From positions 1 through 54,168 of the IMG/VR virus record IMGVR_UViG_3300042197_001558: a stretch of 54,168 nt of DNA. One strand, 5' to 3'. Under the pieces are notes generated by a model, which saw nothing but the letters and a program-made list of their open reading frames with translations, was not told the DNA's origin and made no database searches. The number at the start of each line of letters is the position of its first letter. Position 1 is the first letter of the stretch. The position numbers and the translations under genes are program-made. The DNA is from a virus. Taxonomy: Duplodnaviria > Caudoviricetes. Below, in pieces: positions 37,215-45,530 of this stretch.

Positions 37215-37423
37215 AAGACTGGATTATGGAACTGTGCCCTGAGATACAAGAATGGCAAGCGGAACTGATTGCTGAACATACACGGAAATTGGTAGAGGCT
37301 GAGCGTGAAGCGTGTGCGATTGCAGCGTGGTCAGTTGGTATGGATTTGTACCTAAAGCAACACGATGCGAGAGAAATTGGATCAGCATGTGCCCGTGCCA
37401 TCCGAGCAAGAGGTGTAAAATGA
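37211..37423 (+). CDS. AEREACA..AIRARG family protein
   Basis: Motif; ATGA overlaps. Confidence 0.7.
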   Translation: MKDWIMELCPEIQEWQAELIAEHTRKLVEAEREACAIAAWSVGMDLYLKQHDAREIGSACARAIRARGVK

Positions 37424-37704
37424 CTACAAACAGTGAAATAATTTCTAAAAATCTTGAAGATGTTTCCAAAGATGTAGTACAATACATTCAATACTTAGAA
37501 AACGAACTAGAAACCATCAGAAGAAATCTGCGTGAAGGTAAAAACACTGATAGTTCAGTTCCACTGAACAGTAAGGAAATATTTGAGGGAATAGATCGTA
37601 TACCAAGAACAGTATATATGAACACATCATATGACATTGTTTTCTCTGTGTTCAGTCATGGTGTACATTGGGCAGAAATCAAGCATGGAGTACGAAAAAA
37701 ATGA
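37420..37704 (+). CDS. hypothetical protein
   Basis: ATGA overlap; GAGG SD. Confidence 0.65.
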   Translation: MTTNSEIISKNLEDVSKDVVQYIQYLENELETIRRNLREGKNTDSSVPLNSKEIFEGIDRIPRTVYMNTSYDIVFSVFSHGVHWAEIKHGVRKK

Positions 37705-38039
37705 AAATTTTAGTTGATGAATCGGCGTTGAGGCAGTCGCTGGAGGCGTTGGAGAAGCAGCAAGAAACCCTCAAAGTGTGGCCCGATTACACCCTTGCCC
37801 CACATGAATGTGCAGCTATGGACGCATCAGAAAAAGCCATTACCACCCTCCGCGCCGTGCTGGCGCAGCCCGCCCTGGAGCCGGCGGCCGTGGTCGGCAC
37901 TCAGTCTGACGTATGGCGCGGCTATAACGGCCAGTGGGTGCCGCCAGGAGCGCCCATCAAGATGGCGCACATGCTGCAGGATCTGCCGATCGGCACGATG
38001 CTCTACGCCGCCCAGCCCTATCGTCCGCGCTGCGACTGA
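37701..38039 (+). CDS. GC-rich hypothetical protein
   Basis: LRQSLEALE..AITTLRAVLAQP..LPIGTMLYA. Confidence 0.65.
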   Translation: MKILVDESALRQSLEALEKQQETLKVWPDYTLAPHECAAMDASEKAITTLRAVLAQPALEPAAVVGTQSDVWRGYNGQWVPPGAPIKMAHMLQDLPIGTMLYAAQPYRPRCD

Positions 38040-38057
38040 GATTAGAAGGAATATGAA

Positions 38058-38597
38058 ATGAATCGTAGGTCAACTGAAAAAAATGGCTGGGTAAACTTCC
38101 CAGTAGATAGTCCAGAATGGCAAAACACCAAAGAAGGTGGGATGTTTGTTAAACTTGTGGTCTGTGATGACCATGAGTTTGACGAACGATTTGGCATATG
38201 TTGTGGTGTTAATGTGTGGGATCAGGTAACAGAACAACTGTTTGCCGATGATCGTCGTCCTATGCCGGAGGATTGTGGTAGCAGCCTAGAACAATATGCC
38301 AGCGAAAAGGAATTCATCAAGGCACATGAGGAGGGGGTGAGGAAAATCCGAGAGTGGGAGGAATATCATTTCCCATATATTAATGAAAAGAATCCATCAG
38401 ATCGTTCATATACCAGTCGTCCCTATCTGGCATCTATCATCATGGGTAGTACAGGGTGGAGTGGATACCGTGATGGTGTAGGTTTGTGGCATTGTACTTA
38501 TGATGATTTGACTGAGGAAGGTCGGAATTTATATGACACAATTGCTAAATTGTATCCGGGCTGTAATTTACATCTGTTGACATTTTTGGATACCTAA
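38058..38597 (+). CDS. hypothetical protein
   Basis: Intact 179-aa ORF. Confidence 0.75.
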   Translation: MNRRSTEKNGWVNFPVDSPEWQNTKEGGMFVKLVVCDDHEFDERFGICCGVNVWDQVTEQLFADDRRPMPEDCGSSLEQYASEKEFIKAHEEGVRKIREWEEYHFPYINEKNPSDRSYTSRPYLASIIMGSTGWSGYRDGVGLWHCTYDDLTEEGRNLYDTIAKLYPGCNLHLLTFLDT

Positions 38598-38603
38598 AGG
38601 AAT

Positions 38604-38632
38604 TTGACAATAATTTTAGGTTCTGCTATACT
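38604..38632 (+). promoter_or_regulatory. early promoter (class E)
   Basis: TTGACA-N17-TATACT-GTATTCAAGTTAG. Confidence 0.85.
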
Positions 38633-38660
38633 GTATTCAAGTTAGACAAACAGGAAAAAC

Positions 38661-38852
38661 ATGATTAAAGTCATAACTAATAGCCAGGGTAGCGGCGATT
38701 GGATTGTGGTAGTGGATACCAACACTGGTGAAACTCTGTTCCAAGGTCATCGTATCACACCTCTAGACCTGGTGCAAATTCTGTCGTTTGACAACAGTAT
38801 CAAGGCAGAGTTGGTAGAGGTCACTGACGAGGAAATGGAAGAAAACTACTGA
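38661..38852 (+). CDS. hypothetical protein
   Basis: Single-gene cassette between promoters. Confidence 0.75.
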   Translation: MIKVITNSQGSGDWIVVVDTNTGETLFQGHRITPLDLVQILSFDNSIKAELVEVTDEEMEENY

Positions 38853-38853
38853 T

Positions 38854-38882
38854 TTGACAGAAATTCCCAACTCTGTTATACT
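38854..38882 (+). promoter_or_regulatory. early promoter (class A)
   Basis: TTGACA-N17-TATACT. Confidence 0.85.
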
Positions 38883-38914
38883 GTATTCACTGAGTTAGAC
38901 AACACACGGAGAAG

Positions 38915-39136
38915 ATGATGAACGACCGAATCCTTGAACTTGCCAACAAGGCAAACGAAGATGTTGGCTTTACTTTCAAGATGGAAGATGCTAAGAAAAT
39001 TCATGAATTGATGGAAAAGTTCGCCGAACTTATTGTTCGGGAATGTGTTGGACGAGTGCGGTATTGTGTTCAAAACGATTTGGACTATATCGCGGAAGAT
39101 ATTGAACAACATTTCGGAGTTGACACAAATTCTTGA
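38915..39136 (+). CDS. MNERI/HFGVEE family paralog
   Basis: MNDRILELA..EKFAELIVREC..EQHFGVD. Confidence 0.8.
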   Translation: MMNDRILELANKANEDVGFTFKMEDAKKIHELMEKFAELIVRECVGRVRYCVQNDLDYIAEDIEQHFGVDTNS

Positions 39137-39148
39137 AGGTGTTATACT
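39120..39148 (+). promoter_or_regulatory. early promoter (class E) embedded in HFGVD codons
   Basis: GGAG-TTGACA-N17-TATACT. Confidence 0.85.
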
Positions 39149-39177
39149 GTATTCAAGTTAGCAAGCAGGAGCACAGA

Positions 39178-39408
39178 ATGGCAAACAAGGCAAAGATCGC
39201 TTACATGATTGAGTGCCAAACCAAGATTGCTCAGGGTCTGGAAAGGTCGCTCAAAGTCCTGCGTGAGGAAGCGGACAACGAGATGGTCTACACTCAATTG
39301 TCTGAACATAGCCCTTACTACACAAAGGCTATCAGTCAACTCGAAACCAGGCGTAAGTTGGCTTTTGCCAAGATTGATATTCTGAACCGGGCGCTAACCA
39401 AGGAGTAA
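39178..39408 (+). CDS. hypothetical protein
   Basis: AGGAG SD. Confidence 0.7.
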   Translation: MANKAKIAYMIECQTKIAQGLERSLKVLREEADNEMVYTQLSEHSPYYTKAISQLETRRKLAFAKIDILNRALTKE

Positions 39409-39411
39409 ACG

Positions 39412-39732
39412 ATGACACCAAATCGTAAATCCGTCAAAAATATTACTGCCCGCGCCCTTCGCAAGTGTACGCAGTTCTATGCTGACGGTGTTCATGCATG
39501 GTGTACTCCGCAGGAATATCTTGCTCTGTGCTGGTATTTTGACGCAAAGCCTAGGGACTATGACTATTATCTTGCGCGAGTCAAGATAGGTGATTGTCGG
39601 CCAGGTACGCATTACATCCACGTCAAGAAGTGGAAAGATGTATTTCCTCAAAACAAGTATGCTGTGTTGGATTGCCGTATGAGCCAACCTTTTACTAAAT
39701 GGTTGACGAGAATAATTCAAATGATCGTATAA
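39412..39732 (+). CDS. hypothetical protein
   Basis: AAGGAG SD. Confidence 0.7.
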   Translation: MTPNRKSVKNITARALRKCTQFYADGVHAWCTPQEYLALCWYFDAKPRDYDYYLARVKIGDCRPGTHYIHVKKWKDVFPQNKYAVLDCRMSQPFTKWLTRIIQMIV

Positions 39733-39739
39733 TTCACAA

Positions 39740-39964
39740 ATGAACCAAATCAAATGGTCCGATTCATTGAAGAAACGCACTGATCCTGCATACTCAAACT
39801 ATGATTGGTGTGGTAAGTACAAAGGTAAGTATGTCGATTTAACCTTGCGATATAACGGCACTTGGTCTTATTGGTTTGATGGCGAAAGAATTCAAGATGG
39901 GTTTCCTTCCCGTGAAATGGCCCTGCAAAAACTGACTGAATTTTTGGTGGTGAATGATGGGTAA
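39740..39964 (+). CDS. hypothetical protein
   Basis: Intact ORF in the operon. Confidence 0.6.
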   Translation: MNQIKWSDSLKKRTDPAYSNYDWCGKYKGKYVDLTLRYNGTWSYWFDGERIQDGFPSREMALQKLTEFLVVNDG

Positions 39965-40130
39965 TACTTACGAAGTAAAAGCATGGGATCATGCTGTTGA
40001 TAGCGATCACTATTATTGGTTGGAGATTTACAGAGGAGAAAGTTTGTTTAAGTCGTTATACTATCTTTGGTGGTGCCGAAAGAATGGTTGGAAACATATT
40101 AGACTAGAGTACCGCCCTTGGAATTGGTGA
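39954..40130 (+). CDS. hypothetical protein (58 aa)
   Basis: MMGNTYEVKAW...; not in ORF track. Confidence 0.6.
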   Translation: MMGNTYEVKAWDHAVDSDHYYWLEIYRGESLFKSLYYLWWCRKNGWKHIRLEYRPWNW

Positions 40131-40135
40131 ACAAT

Positions 40136-40600
40136 ATGAGAATGATTTGTAATAAAGCCGGATTGACTTATTGGGCAGATACTGACAATAATGATACAGT
40201 ATTAAGTCCATACTTTGAAGATGAAGAAGATGCCATACAGTGGTATGGTCGTGTGGCTCAAATTATGTTTGAGGAATTTGATGTCAATAATCAAGGCATT
40301 GTAGATGCGATTGATAGATGTAGAAATAGTTTCGGAGTTAAAAAAATGAACCAAAGATTTAATGCCCACGACTTGTGGACTCGGGTTTGTCAGGAAGAAA
40401 TGCCAGAGTTGGATGAGAGTTGTATGACCATGCAACGTACTAGAAAGTTCGCCGAGTTGCTTGTGCGGGAATGTGTTGAACAAGGTAAACAAATTCAATC
40501 TCAATCAGTCTCCAATGGTTCAGAAGAATACAACACCGGCAGAGAGATGGGCATTGAAGTTTTTCTGAATCAGATTAAAAAGCATTTCGGAGTAGAGTGA
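40136..40600 (+). CDS. apparent fusion of an LSPxF family gene and an MNERI/HFGVEE paralog
   Basis: ..NSFGVKK|MNQR.. joined through an A7 run; second ATG at 40346. Confidence 0.65.
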   Translation: MRMICNKAGLTYWADTDNNDTVLSPYFEDEEDAIQWYGRVAQIMFEEFDVNNQGIVDAIDRCRNSFGVKKMNQRFNAHDLWTRVCQEEMPELDESCMTMQRTRKFAELLVRECVEQGKQIQSQSVSNGSEEYNTGREMGIEVFLNQIKKHFGVE

Positions 40601-40794
40601 TGGGGTACGGCGAACCGGGTTGGGAATGGGATACTAAAGAACAAATAGATATGTTCGATGAATATGTTAAAGAAACCGCAGACCTCAGAGATAGACCCAG
40701 AAACTTTGAAGCACTGGGATATGACGAAGCAGAATGGGAAGCCTTCTGCTATGGTTGGAACGCCGCTAAAAAGCATTTTGGAGTTAAAGAATGA
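40597..40794 (+). CDS. hypothetical protein with HFGVKE tail
   Basis: Shares only the 3' anchor of the family. Confidence 0.7.
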   Translation: MMGYGEPGWEWDTKEQIDMFDEYVKETADLRDRPRNFEALGYDEAEWEAFCYGWNAAKKHFGVKE

Positions 40795-41012
40795 ACGAAA
40801 GAATCCGACTATTTGCTGAACAGGCTGGCGCTGTCACGTTTGGCGGTAAGATTTGTTTGTTTGGCGATCAAGATATTGAAAAGTTCGCCAAGTTGATTGC
40901 CAAGCAATGTATGGATCTTGTCAAGGATTGTTACGCAGAGCCTGGGCTATCCTTGTATCAAAGTGTATGTGCCTCAACAATCATTGAAGAACACTTCGGA
41001 GTTGAAGAATAA
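40791..41012 (+). CDS. MNERI/HFGVEE family paralog
   Basis: MNERIRLFA..EKFAKLIAKQC..EEHFGVEE. Confidence 0.8.
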   Translation: MNERIRLFAEQAGAVTFGGKICLFGDQDIEKFAKLIAKQCMDLVKDCYAEPGLSLYQSVCASTIIEEHFGVEE

Positions 41013-41039
41013 ACATTATAATGGCAACGAGAGACGAAA

Positions 41040-41324
41040 ATGAATGAAAAAACTTACATAGTACAACCTAAATTAAAAAATAATGTGAGGCAAGAAGTAA
41101 TCGACTGGTGTTATCAACAATTTGGTGATCCCCATAAAGGGCAAGGAGATGAAGAATATCATGATTGGTCAATAACCAGTAATTATACAAGAGATATAGA
41201 TGCAGATTTTGATTTTAAGTGCGTAAATGAAAAAGATGCGATCTGGTTTGTTATGAAATATGGTGGCGATATGCATATTAAAGAACAGTTTGACATTAAA
41301 AAATATTTTGACTTTGAAGAATGA
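41040..41324 (+). CDS. hypothetical protein (WC..FG..EKDAIWF..K)
   Basis: Intact ORF. Confidence 0.7.
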   Translation: MNEKTYIVQPKLKNNVRQEVIDWCYQQFGDPHKGQGDEEYHDWSITSNYTRDIDADFDFKCVNEKDAIWFVMKYGGDMHIKEQFDIKKYFDFEE

Positions 41325-41554
41325 AAACCTATAAATTTCGTCCAAGTGATCCATATACACTAAAAGTTCGTAGACAATTAAAGATAGCATATCCTAAAGA
41401 ACTTTCCAATAGATATGTTCGTCATTGGCATCTTTGTCATATTGTGCGAGTTGGTGGGCATCTACACTATCTTGCCGATCACGCACCGTCTCCAATTCGA
41501 AAGAAGTGGAAACCAGTATTCAAGAAATTCATTCAACGACATCGTAAATTTTAA
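41321..41554 (+). CDS. basic hypothetical protein
   Basis: ATGA overlap. Confidence 0.65.
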   Translation: MKTYKFRPSDPYTLKVRRQLKIAYPKELSNRYVRHWHLCHIVRVGGHLHYLADHAPSPIRKKWKPVFKKFIQRHRKF

Positions 41555-41563
41555 GGAATAAAA

Positions 41564-41977
41564 ATGAGAATCGGTAACCCACTAGAAGCACTTGCCCAAT
41601 CCCTTGCCCACGCTCAGTATGAGGGCTTTGGTGAAGTAGAATATGAGGACCGCGATTGGGAACACTATCGCAAAACCAAAGAAGATCGTAGGATCAAAAA
41701 AACCCGTAAACACTCAGCATACGATATCAGTGTTTACTCAATGTTCCCCCAATCGTGGAGTTCAACCGCACTGGGTTTTGGTGGAATTGGTGGTCAAGCA
41801 ATAACTCCAGCATATACCGTCATTGTTGAATCTGATCATACGGGTGAATACTGTGTATACTTTGGTGGTCGATTTGCCTACCGTGTTAAAAGTCTTACTC
41901 AAAAGTTTCGGGATGATGTTGCTAGGCAATATATGGCAGAAGTAAGTGAGGCACACAAATATGAAACCAGTAATTGA
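41564..41977 (+). CDS. conserved phage protein (FPQSWSSTALGFGG)
   Basis: Motif; AAGGA SD. Confidence 0.8.
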   Translation: MRIGNPLEALAQSLAHAQYEGFGEVEYEDRDWEHYRKTKEDRRIKKTRKHSAYDISVYSMFPQSWSSTALGFGGIGGQAITPAYTVIVESDHTGEYCVYFGGRFAYRVKSLTQKFRDDVARQYMAEVSEAHKYETSN

Positions 41978-42221
41978 TTTAGCAGTAGAAGGTTTGAAGA
42001 GTGGTGGTGTACCACATGCTGAAACATTTAGGGTATTTTTTGAACAGGTATATCACTGTGGATATAGTGATGCGGTACGAGATTTAGACAATAAACGGGT
42101 ATATTCTGATCAAGAAAAGTCATATCATGGATGTCGTGTTTGTGGTATAGGCAGCGATGGTCGAGCGTATGGTTATGTTTGTCCACGTAGTGATTGTCCT
42201 ACCCGTGTGACCTGTACTTGA
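41961..42221 (+). CDS. hypothetical protein with C-terminal Cys cluster
   Basis: CRVCG..CPRSDCP. Confidence 0.7.
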   Translation: MKPVIDLAVEGLKSGGVPHAETFRVFFEQVYHCGYSDAVRDLDNKRVYSDQEKSYHGCRVCGIGSDGRAYGYVCPRSDCPTRVTCT

Positions 42222-42246
42222 CGATAAATTCGGGTTCTGTTATACT
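42218..42246 (+). promoter_or_regulatory. early promoter (class B)
   Basis: TTGACG-N17-TATACT. Confidence 0.85.
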
Positions 42247-42274
42247 GTATTTGTTGTAGCGAAAAGGACCCATC

Positions 42275-42520
42275 ATGATTAACAACAATTCTTCTGTTAC
42301 CTCTATTGTAGTAAAATATACTTGGCGAGAATTGACCAATGAAGGTCTAATGCCAATTCAATATACTGGTTATTCATTTAGAGGATATGGGACACTTTTG
42401 TTTGATGATGTATATGATAGCGAGGAAGATGCTATCTCGGATTTCCTAGATCATTTCAAAAATAATAAGTATATTCACCCCCAATACGTATTGATCAAAG
42501 TATATGGCAAGTGTGAATAA
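42275..42520 (+). CDS. hypothetical protein
   Basis: AAGGA SD. Confidence 0.7.
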   Translation: MINNNSSVTSIVVKYTWRELTNEGLMPIQYTGYSFRGYGTLLFDDVYDSEEDAISDFLDHFKNNKYIHPQYVLIKVYGKCE

Positions 42521-42531
42521 TAACCCCACAC

Positions 42532-42560
42532 TTGACCTAGTTATTGTTGTGTGCTACAGT
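42532..42560 (+). promoter_or_regulatory. possible early promoter
   Basis: TTGACC-N17-TACAGT. Confidence 0.55.
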
Positions 42561-42581
42561 ACATGCATTGGAGGTTAGATC

Positions 42582-42986
42582 ATGAATATGAGGATCAAGG
42601 ATTTTTACGAGCAGGGTGAGGATGTTCTTATTGAACACATTAATGGTAGTTATTACCATTATACCCGTAATCTACTGAATAGTCTGGATGATTCTCCAGC
42701 AGTTCGTTTGCCAGACGGAACTAGACTATGGTATAATTGGGGTAAACTTCATCGAGAAGGTGGTCCTGCTGTTATATGGACGAATGGCTCTAAATGGTGG
42801 TATACTCATGGTAAGCAAGATCGAGTAGATGGCCCAGCAGTCGAATGGGCCAATGGCGATAAGGAATGGTATATCAATGACATTAAATTGACCGAGGAAG
42901 AATTCAATAAACAAACACAGAAAAGCACCTGCGAAAATCGTACTGTAATTATAGACGGTGTTGCCTATAAACTCGTCAAGGAATAA
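42582..42986 (+). CDS. LHRxDGPA-repeat protein, copy 1
   Basis: LHREGGPAV, DRVDGPAVE. Confidence 0.8.
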   Translation: MNMRIKDFYEQGEDVLIEHINGSYYHYTRNLLNSLDDSPAVRLPDGTRLWYNWGKLHREGGPAVIWTNGSKWWYTHGKQDRVDGPAVEWANGDKEWYINDIKLTEEEFNKQTQKSTCENRTVIIDGVAYKLVKE

Positions 42987-42990
42987 TAGT

Positions 42991-43019
42991 TTGACAGAAA
43001 TTCCCACACCTGTTATACT
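42991..43019 (+). promoter_or_regulatory. early promoter (class B)
   Basis: TTGACA-N17-TATACT; leader identical to the 42218 promoter. Confidence 0.85.
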
Positions 43020-43047
43020 GTATTTGTTGTAGCGAAAAGGACCCATC

Positions 43048-43284
43048 ATGCTTAAGCCTAAAACTATCAATCTCCTCATGAATCTGAATTCCACGGCAAT
43101 CAATATCTGTGCCATCGAAAACGGTTATCGTGACGCTAATTTTCATCAGACTGAGTTTGTTGGAATCACAGGGGATCTTAATTTTTGTTACAAGGTGCGG
43201 TTCAAAGAAGATGGCGAATGGCAAACCTGCCAGGTTTATTTGAAGAAGAACACTGAAACCGGCAAAATTCAGTTTGAATTCTGA
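43048..43284 (+). CDS. hypothetical protein
   Basis: Single-gene cassette. Confidence 0.75.
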   Translation: MLKPKTINLLMNLNSTAINICAIENGYRDANFHQTEFVGITGDLNFCYKVRFKEDGEWQTCQVYLKKNTETGKIQFEF

Positions 43285-43291
43285 AAGTGAT

Positions 43292-43320
43292 TTGACACTA
43301 TTTAAGAATAGTGTTATACT
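43292..43320 (+). promoter_or_regulatory. early promoter (class A)
   Basis: TTGACA-N17-TATACT. Confidence 0.85.
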
Positions 43321-43356
43321 GTATTCACTGAGTTAGACAACACACGGAGAAGTGAA

Positions 43357-43572
43357 ATGAACGAACGAATTCGTGAACTTGCTAAACAATGCACCTACGA
43401 ATATGATGACGACTTTGGAAAGCCGCATAACGACTTTGATTATGAAAAGTTCGCCAAGTTGATTGCCAAGGAATGTGCGACTGCCATTATTAATGACCGC
43501 CGATTGAATGATGTTAGAAGTGCGGCTAACGGATGTGTAAGAACCATTAATGAACATTTCGGAGTGGAATAA
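43357..43572 (+). CDS. MNERI/HFGVEE family paralog
   Basis: MNERIRELA..EKFAKLIAKEC..EHFGVE. Confidence 0.8.
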   Translation: MNERIRELAKQCTYEYDDDFGKPHNDFDYEKFAKLIAKECATAIINDRRLNDVRSAANGCVRTINEHFGVE

Positions 43573-43817
43573 TGAACCAACGAGTTTTTGATATGGCCCG
43601 ACAATCGGGTGCCACAGATGAAAAAGGTAGCCGTGCTGAACATGTATTTTGTTTCACTAAAGATGAACTAAAAGGGTTCACCCAAACAATTATCCAAGAC
43701 ATTTTGACTGTTGTCAAAAGTGAACACAAATTGGCACTAGAATTTCAATGGGATGCTGATGACACTGCCATCGCAATTCGTGATGCTATCAAGAAACGGT
43801 TTGGAGTTGCGGAATGA
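43572..43817 (+). CDS. MNERI/HFGVEE family paralog (divergent)
   Basis: MNQRVFDMA..IKKRFGVAE. Confidence 0.75.
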   Translation: MNQRVFDMARQSGATDEKGSRAEHVFCFTKDELKGFTQTIIQDILTVVKSEHKLALEFQWDADDTAIAIRDAIKKRFGVAE

Positions 43818-44047
43818 AGGTTTATCTAGTATGTGAAACGGTTGATCTAGGATATCATGTTGTTGCAGGATATCTTTCAGAAAATCGTGCTAGAGTGGAG
43901 ATGGAGAAATTAAATGAGGAAGCCTTCCAACAAAAAGTTCAAGATTTGATGGAAATCGGTTATAATAAGGAAAATGCCGAAAAGTATGCCCGGCAACTAC
44001 ATTATTACGGACTTTACGAACTAGCCGAAGTGGATGTTGAAGAATGA
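43814..44047 (+). CDS. hypothetical protein
   Basis: ATGA overlap. Confidence 0.7.
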   Translation: MKVYLVCETVDLGYHVVAGYLSENRARVEMEKLNEEAFQQKVQDLMEIGYNKENAEKYARQLHYYGLYELAEVDVEE

Positions 44048-44054
44048 TGTGTAA

Positions 44055-44083
44055 TTGACAATAATTGCCGATTCTGTTATACT
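44055..44083 (+). promoter_or_regulatory. early promoter (class A)
   Basis: TTGACA-N17-TATACT. Confidence 0.85.
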
Positions 44084-44116
44084 GTATTCACTGAGTTAGA
44101 CAACACGGAGAAGATC

Positions 44117-44308
44117 ATGCTGTATCCCGCGAACTATGATCATCGTATCTCTTGGCTGGAATACGAAGAGTGGTTGGGTATGTTTGTAGAGAAGAGTTTC
44201 AAGACCGTGTCTGATGCTGTGGATCTGCATGTGGCCAGTCTTCGTCGGCGTGAATATGATTCCGCTGGTAATCAAAACATCACTCGCATCCGTGTGGAGA
44301 AGATTTAA
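44117..44308 (+). CDS. hypothetical protein
   Basis: GGAG SD. Confidence 0.7.
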   Translation: MLYPANYDHRISWLEYEEWLGMFVEKSFKTVSDAVDLHVASLRRREYDSAGNQNITRIRVEKI

Positions 44309-44511
44309 TGATTCACTTCTTGAACATCACCATCCAGTGTAAGGGATCATATGATTTCCGTGCTTTCTTGGATTGGGCCGACGATCAGTCCATGACCCGA
44401 TATCAATTGCGTGGGTATGGAGAAACTCCGGGCAAGGCTGCTGATGATGCTTGGAAGAAATACAACGGTGACCGTGATTCGTATATCAGTGACGAACAGG
44501 TGTGGAAATGA
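44308..44511 (+). CDS. hypothetical protein
   Basis: TAATG overlap. Confidence 0.7.
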   Translation: MIHFLNITIQCKGSYDFRAFLDWADDQSMTRYQLRGYGETPGKAADDAWKKYNGDRDSYISDEQVWK

Positions 44512-44747
44512 ACGAACGATTTGCCAACAACAAGATCTATCTTCTGGCCAAAGAGGCTGGGTTGATTGAATTTGAAAAGTTGACCTGGAATCCTGAATTA
44601 CAATCTCCTACATATGAAAGTGTAGCCAAGGCAAGAAAATTTGCCGAGTTGTTGATTCGACAATGTGCTACAATAGCAGATCAAGCAGAACCTTACAAGG
44701 CCAACGATTTAATTCTAAAACATTTCGGAGTTGACAAAAATTCTTGA
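44508..44747 (+). CDS. MNERI/HFGVEE family paralog
   Basis: MNERF..RKFAELLIRQCA..LKHFGVD. Confidence 0.8.
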   Translation: MNERFANNKIYLLAKEAGLIEFEKLTWNPELQSPTYESVAKARKFAELLIRQCATIADQAEPYKANDLILKHFGVDKNS

Positions 44748-44759
44748 AGATGCTATACT
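44731..44759 (+). promoter_or_regulatory. early promoter embedded in HFGVD codons
   Basis: GGAG-TTGACA-N17-TATACT. Confidence 0.85.
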
Positions 44760-44774
44760 AGCATAAATAAACAA

Positions 44775-44825
44775 AACAGGCAGATAGACTTCCTGTTATC
44801 AACAAATAGAAAGGATTTTTCTATG
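44775..44825 (+). promoter_or_regulatory. candidate cis-regulatory leader (GATAGAC hairpin and RBS hairpin), copy 1
   Basis: AACAGG-CA-GATAGAC-TT-CCTGTT; ATAGAAA-GGATT-TTTCTAT(G). Confidence 0.65.
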
Positions 44826-45140
44826 TCTACGGTTACTGAAATTGCCGCTGAAATTGCGCGGCGCAAGCAAGAACTTGCCGAACTTGAAACTCAACTTGAG
44901 GTCGCTAAAACCGAACCCGACGATTATCGTCTGGCTCGTGAACTCCATACCTTGCTGTGTAAGTGGAATCATACCGACGGTTGTGGCTGGTATTATGAAT
45001 TCAAAGACAAACAAGATGTATGGACTGGTGATGCTCATTACCGATATTTGACCAAGGCTCGTAGGTTGACCCATCAGTGTCAAACTAAAAACATTAGCAC
45101 TCAAGATGCTATTGAAATTTTCAAGATGGTCAAGGAATAA
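44823..45140 (+). CDS. hypothetical protein (LH..LC.WNHTDGCGWYYE)
   Basis: Motif; intact ORF. Confidence 0.75.
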   Translation: MSTVTEIAAEIARRKQELAELETQLEVAKTEPDDYRLARELHTLLCKWNHTDGCGWYYEFKDKQDVWTGDAHYRYLTKARRLTHQCQTKNISTQDAIEIFKMVKE

Positions 45141-45143
45141 ATC

Positions 45144-45527
45144 ATGGAAACTTATACCGTAAAAGTTTATGAAAATGGTACTCGTCATTGGTATCAAAAT
45201 GATAAACTTCATAGACTAGACGGCCCCGCAGTTGAAAGTTCCATTGGTACCAATGAATGGTATCAAAATGGTCTACGACATCGAGAGGATGGCCCAGCAG
45301 TTGAATATACAGATGGCCATTGTTTTTGGTATCAAAATGGTAAACTCCATCGTCTAGATGGACCAGCAGTTGATCATACCAACGATGATCAAACTTGGTG
45401 TCATTCTTGGTGGATCGAAGGAAAACAATTTACCGAAAAAGAATTCCTTAAAAAGATCAAAAAAACCACCTGCGAAAATCTTACTGTAATTATCGACGGT
45501 ATCAAATACAAACTGGTCAAGGAATAA
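45144..45527 (+). CDS. LHRxDGPA-repeat protein, copy 2
   Basis: Three WYQN.xHRxDGPAV repeats; flanked by 20-bp direct repeats. Confidence 0.8.
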   Translation: METYTVKVYENGTRHWYQNDKLHRLDGPAVESSIGTNEWYQNGLRHREDGPAVEYTDGHCFWYQNGKLHRLDGPAVDHTNDDQTWCHSWWIEGKQFTEKEFLKKIKKTTCENLTVIIDGIKYKLVKE

Positions 45528-45530
45528 ATC

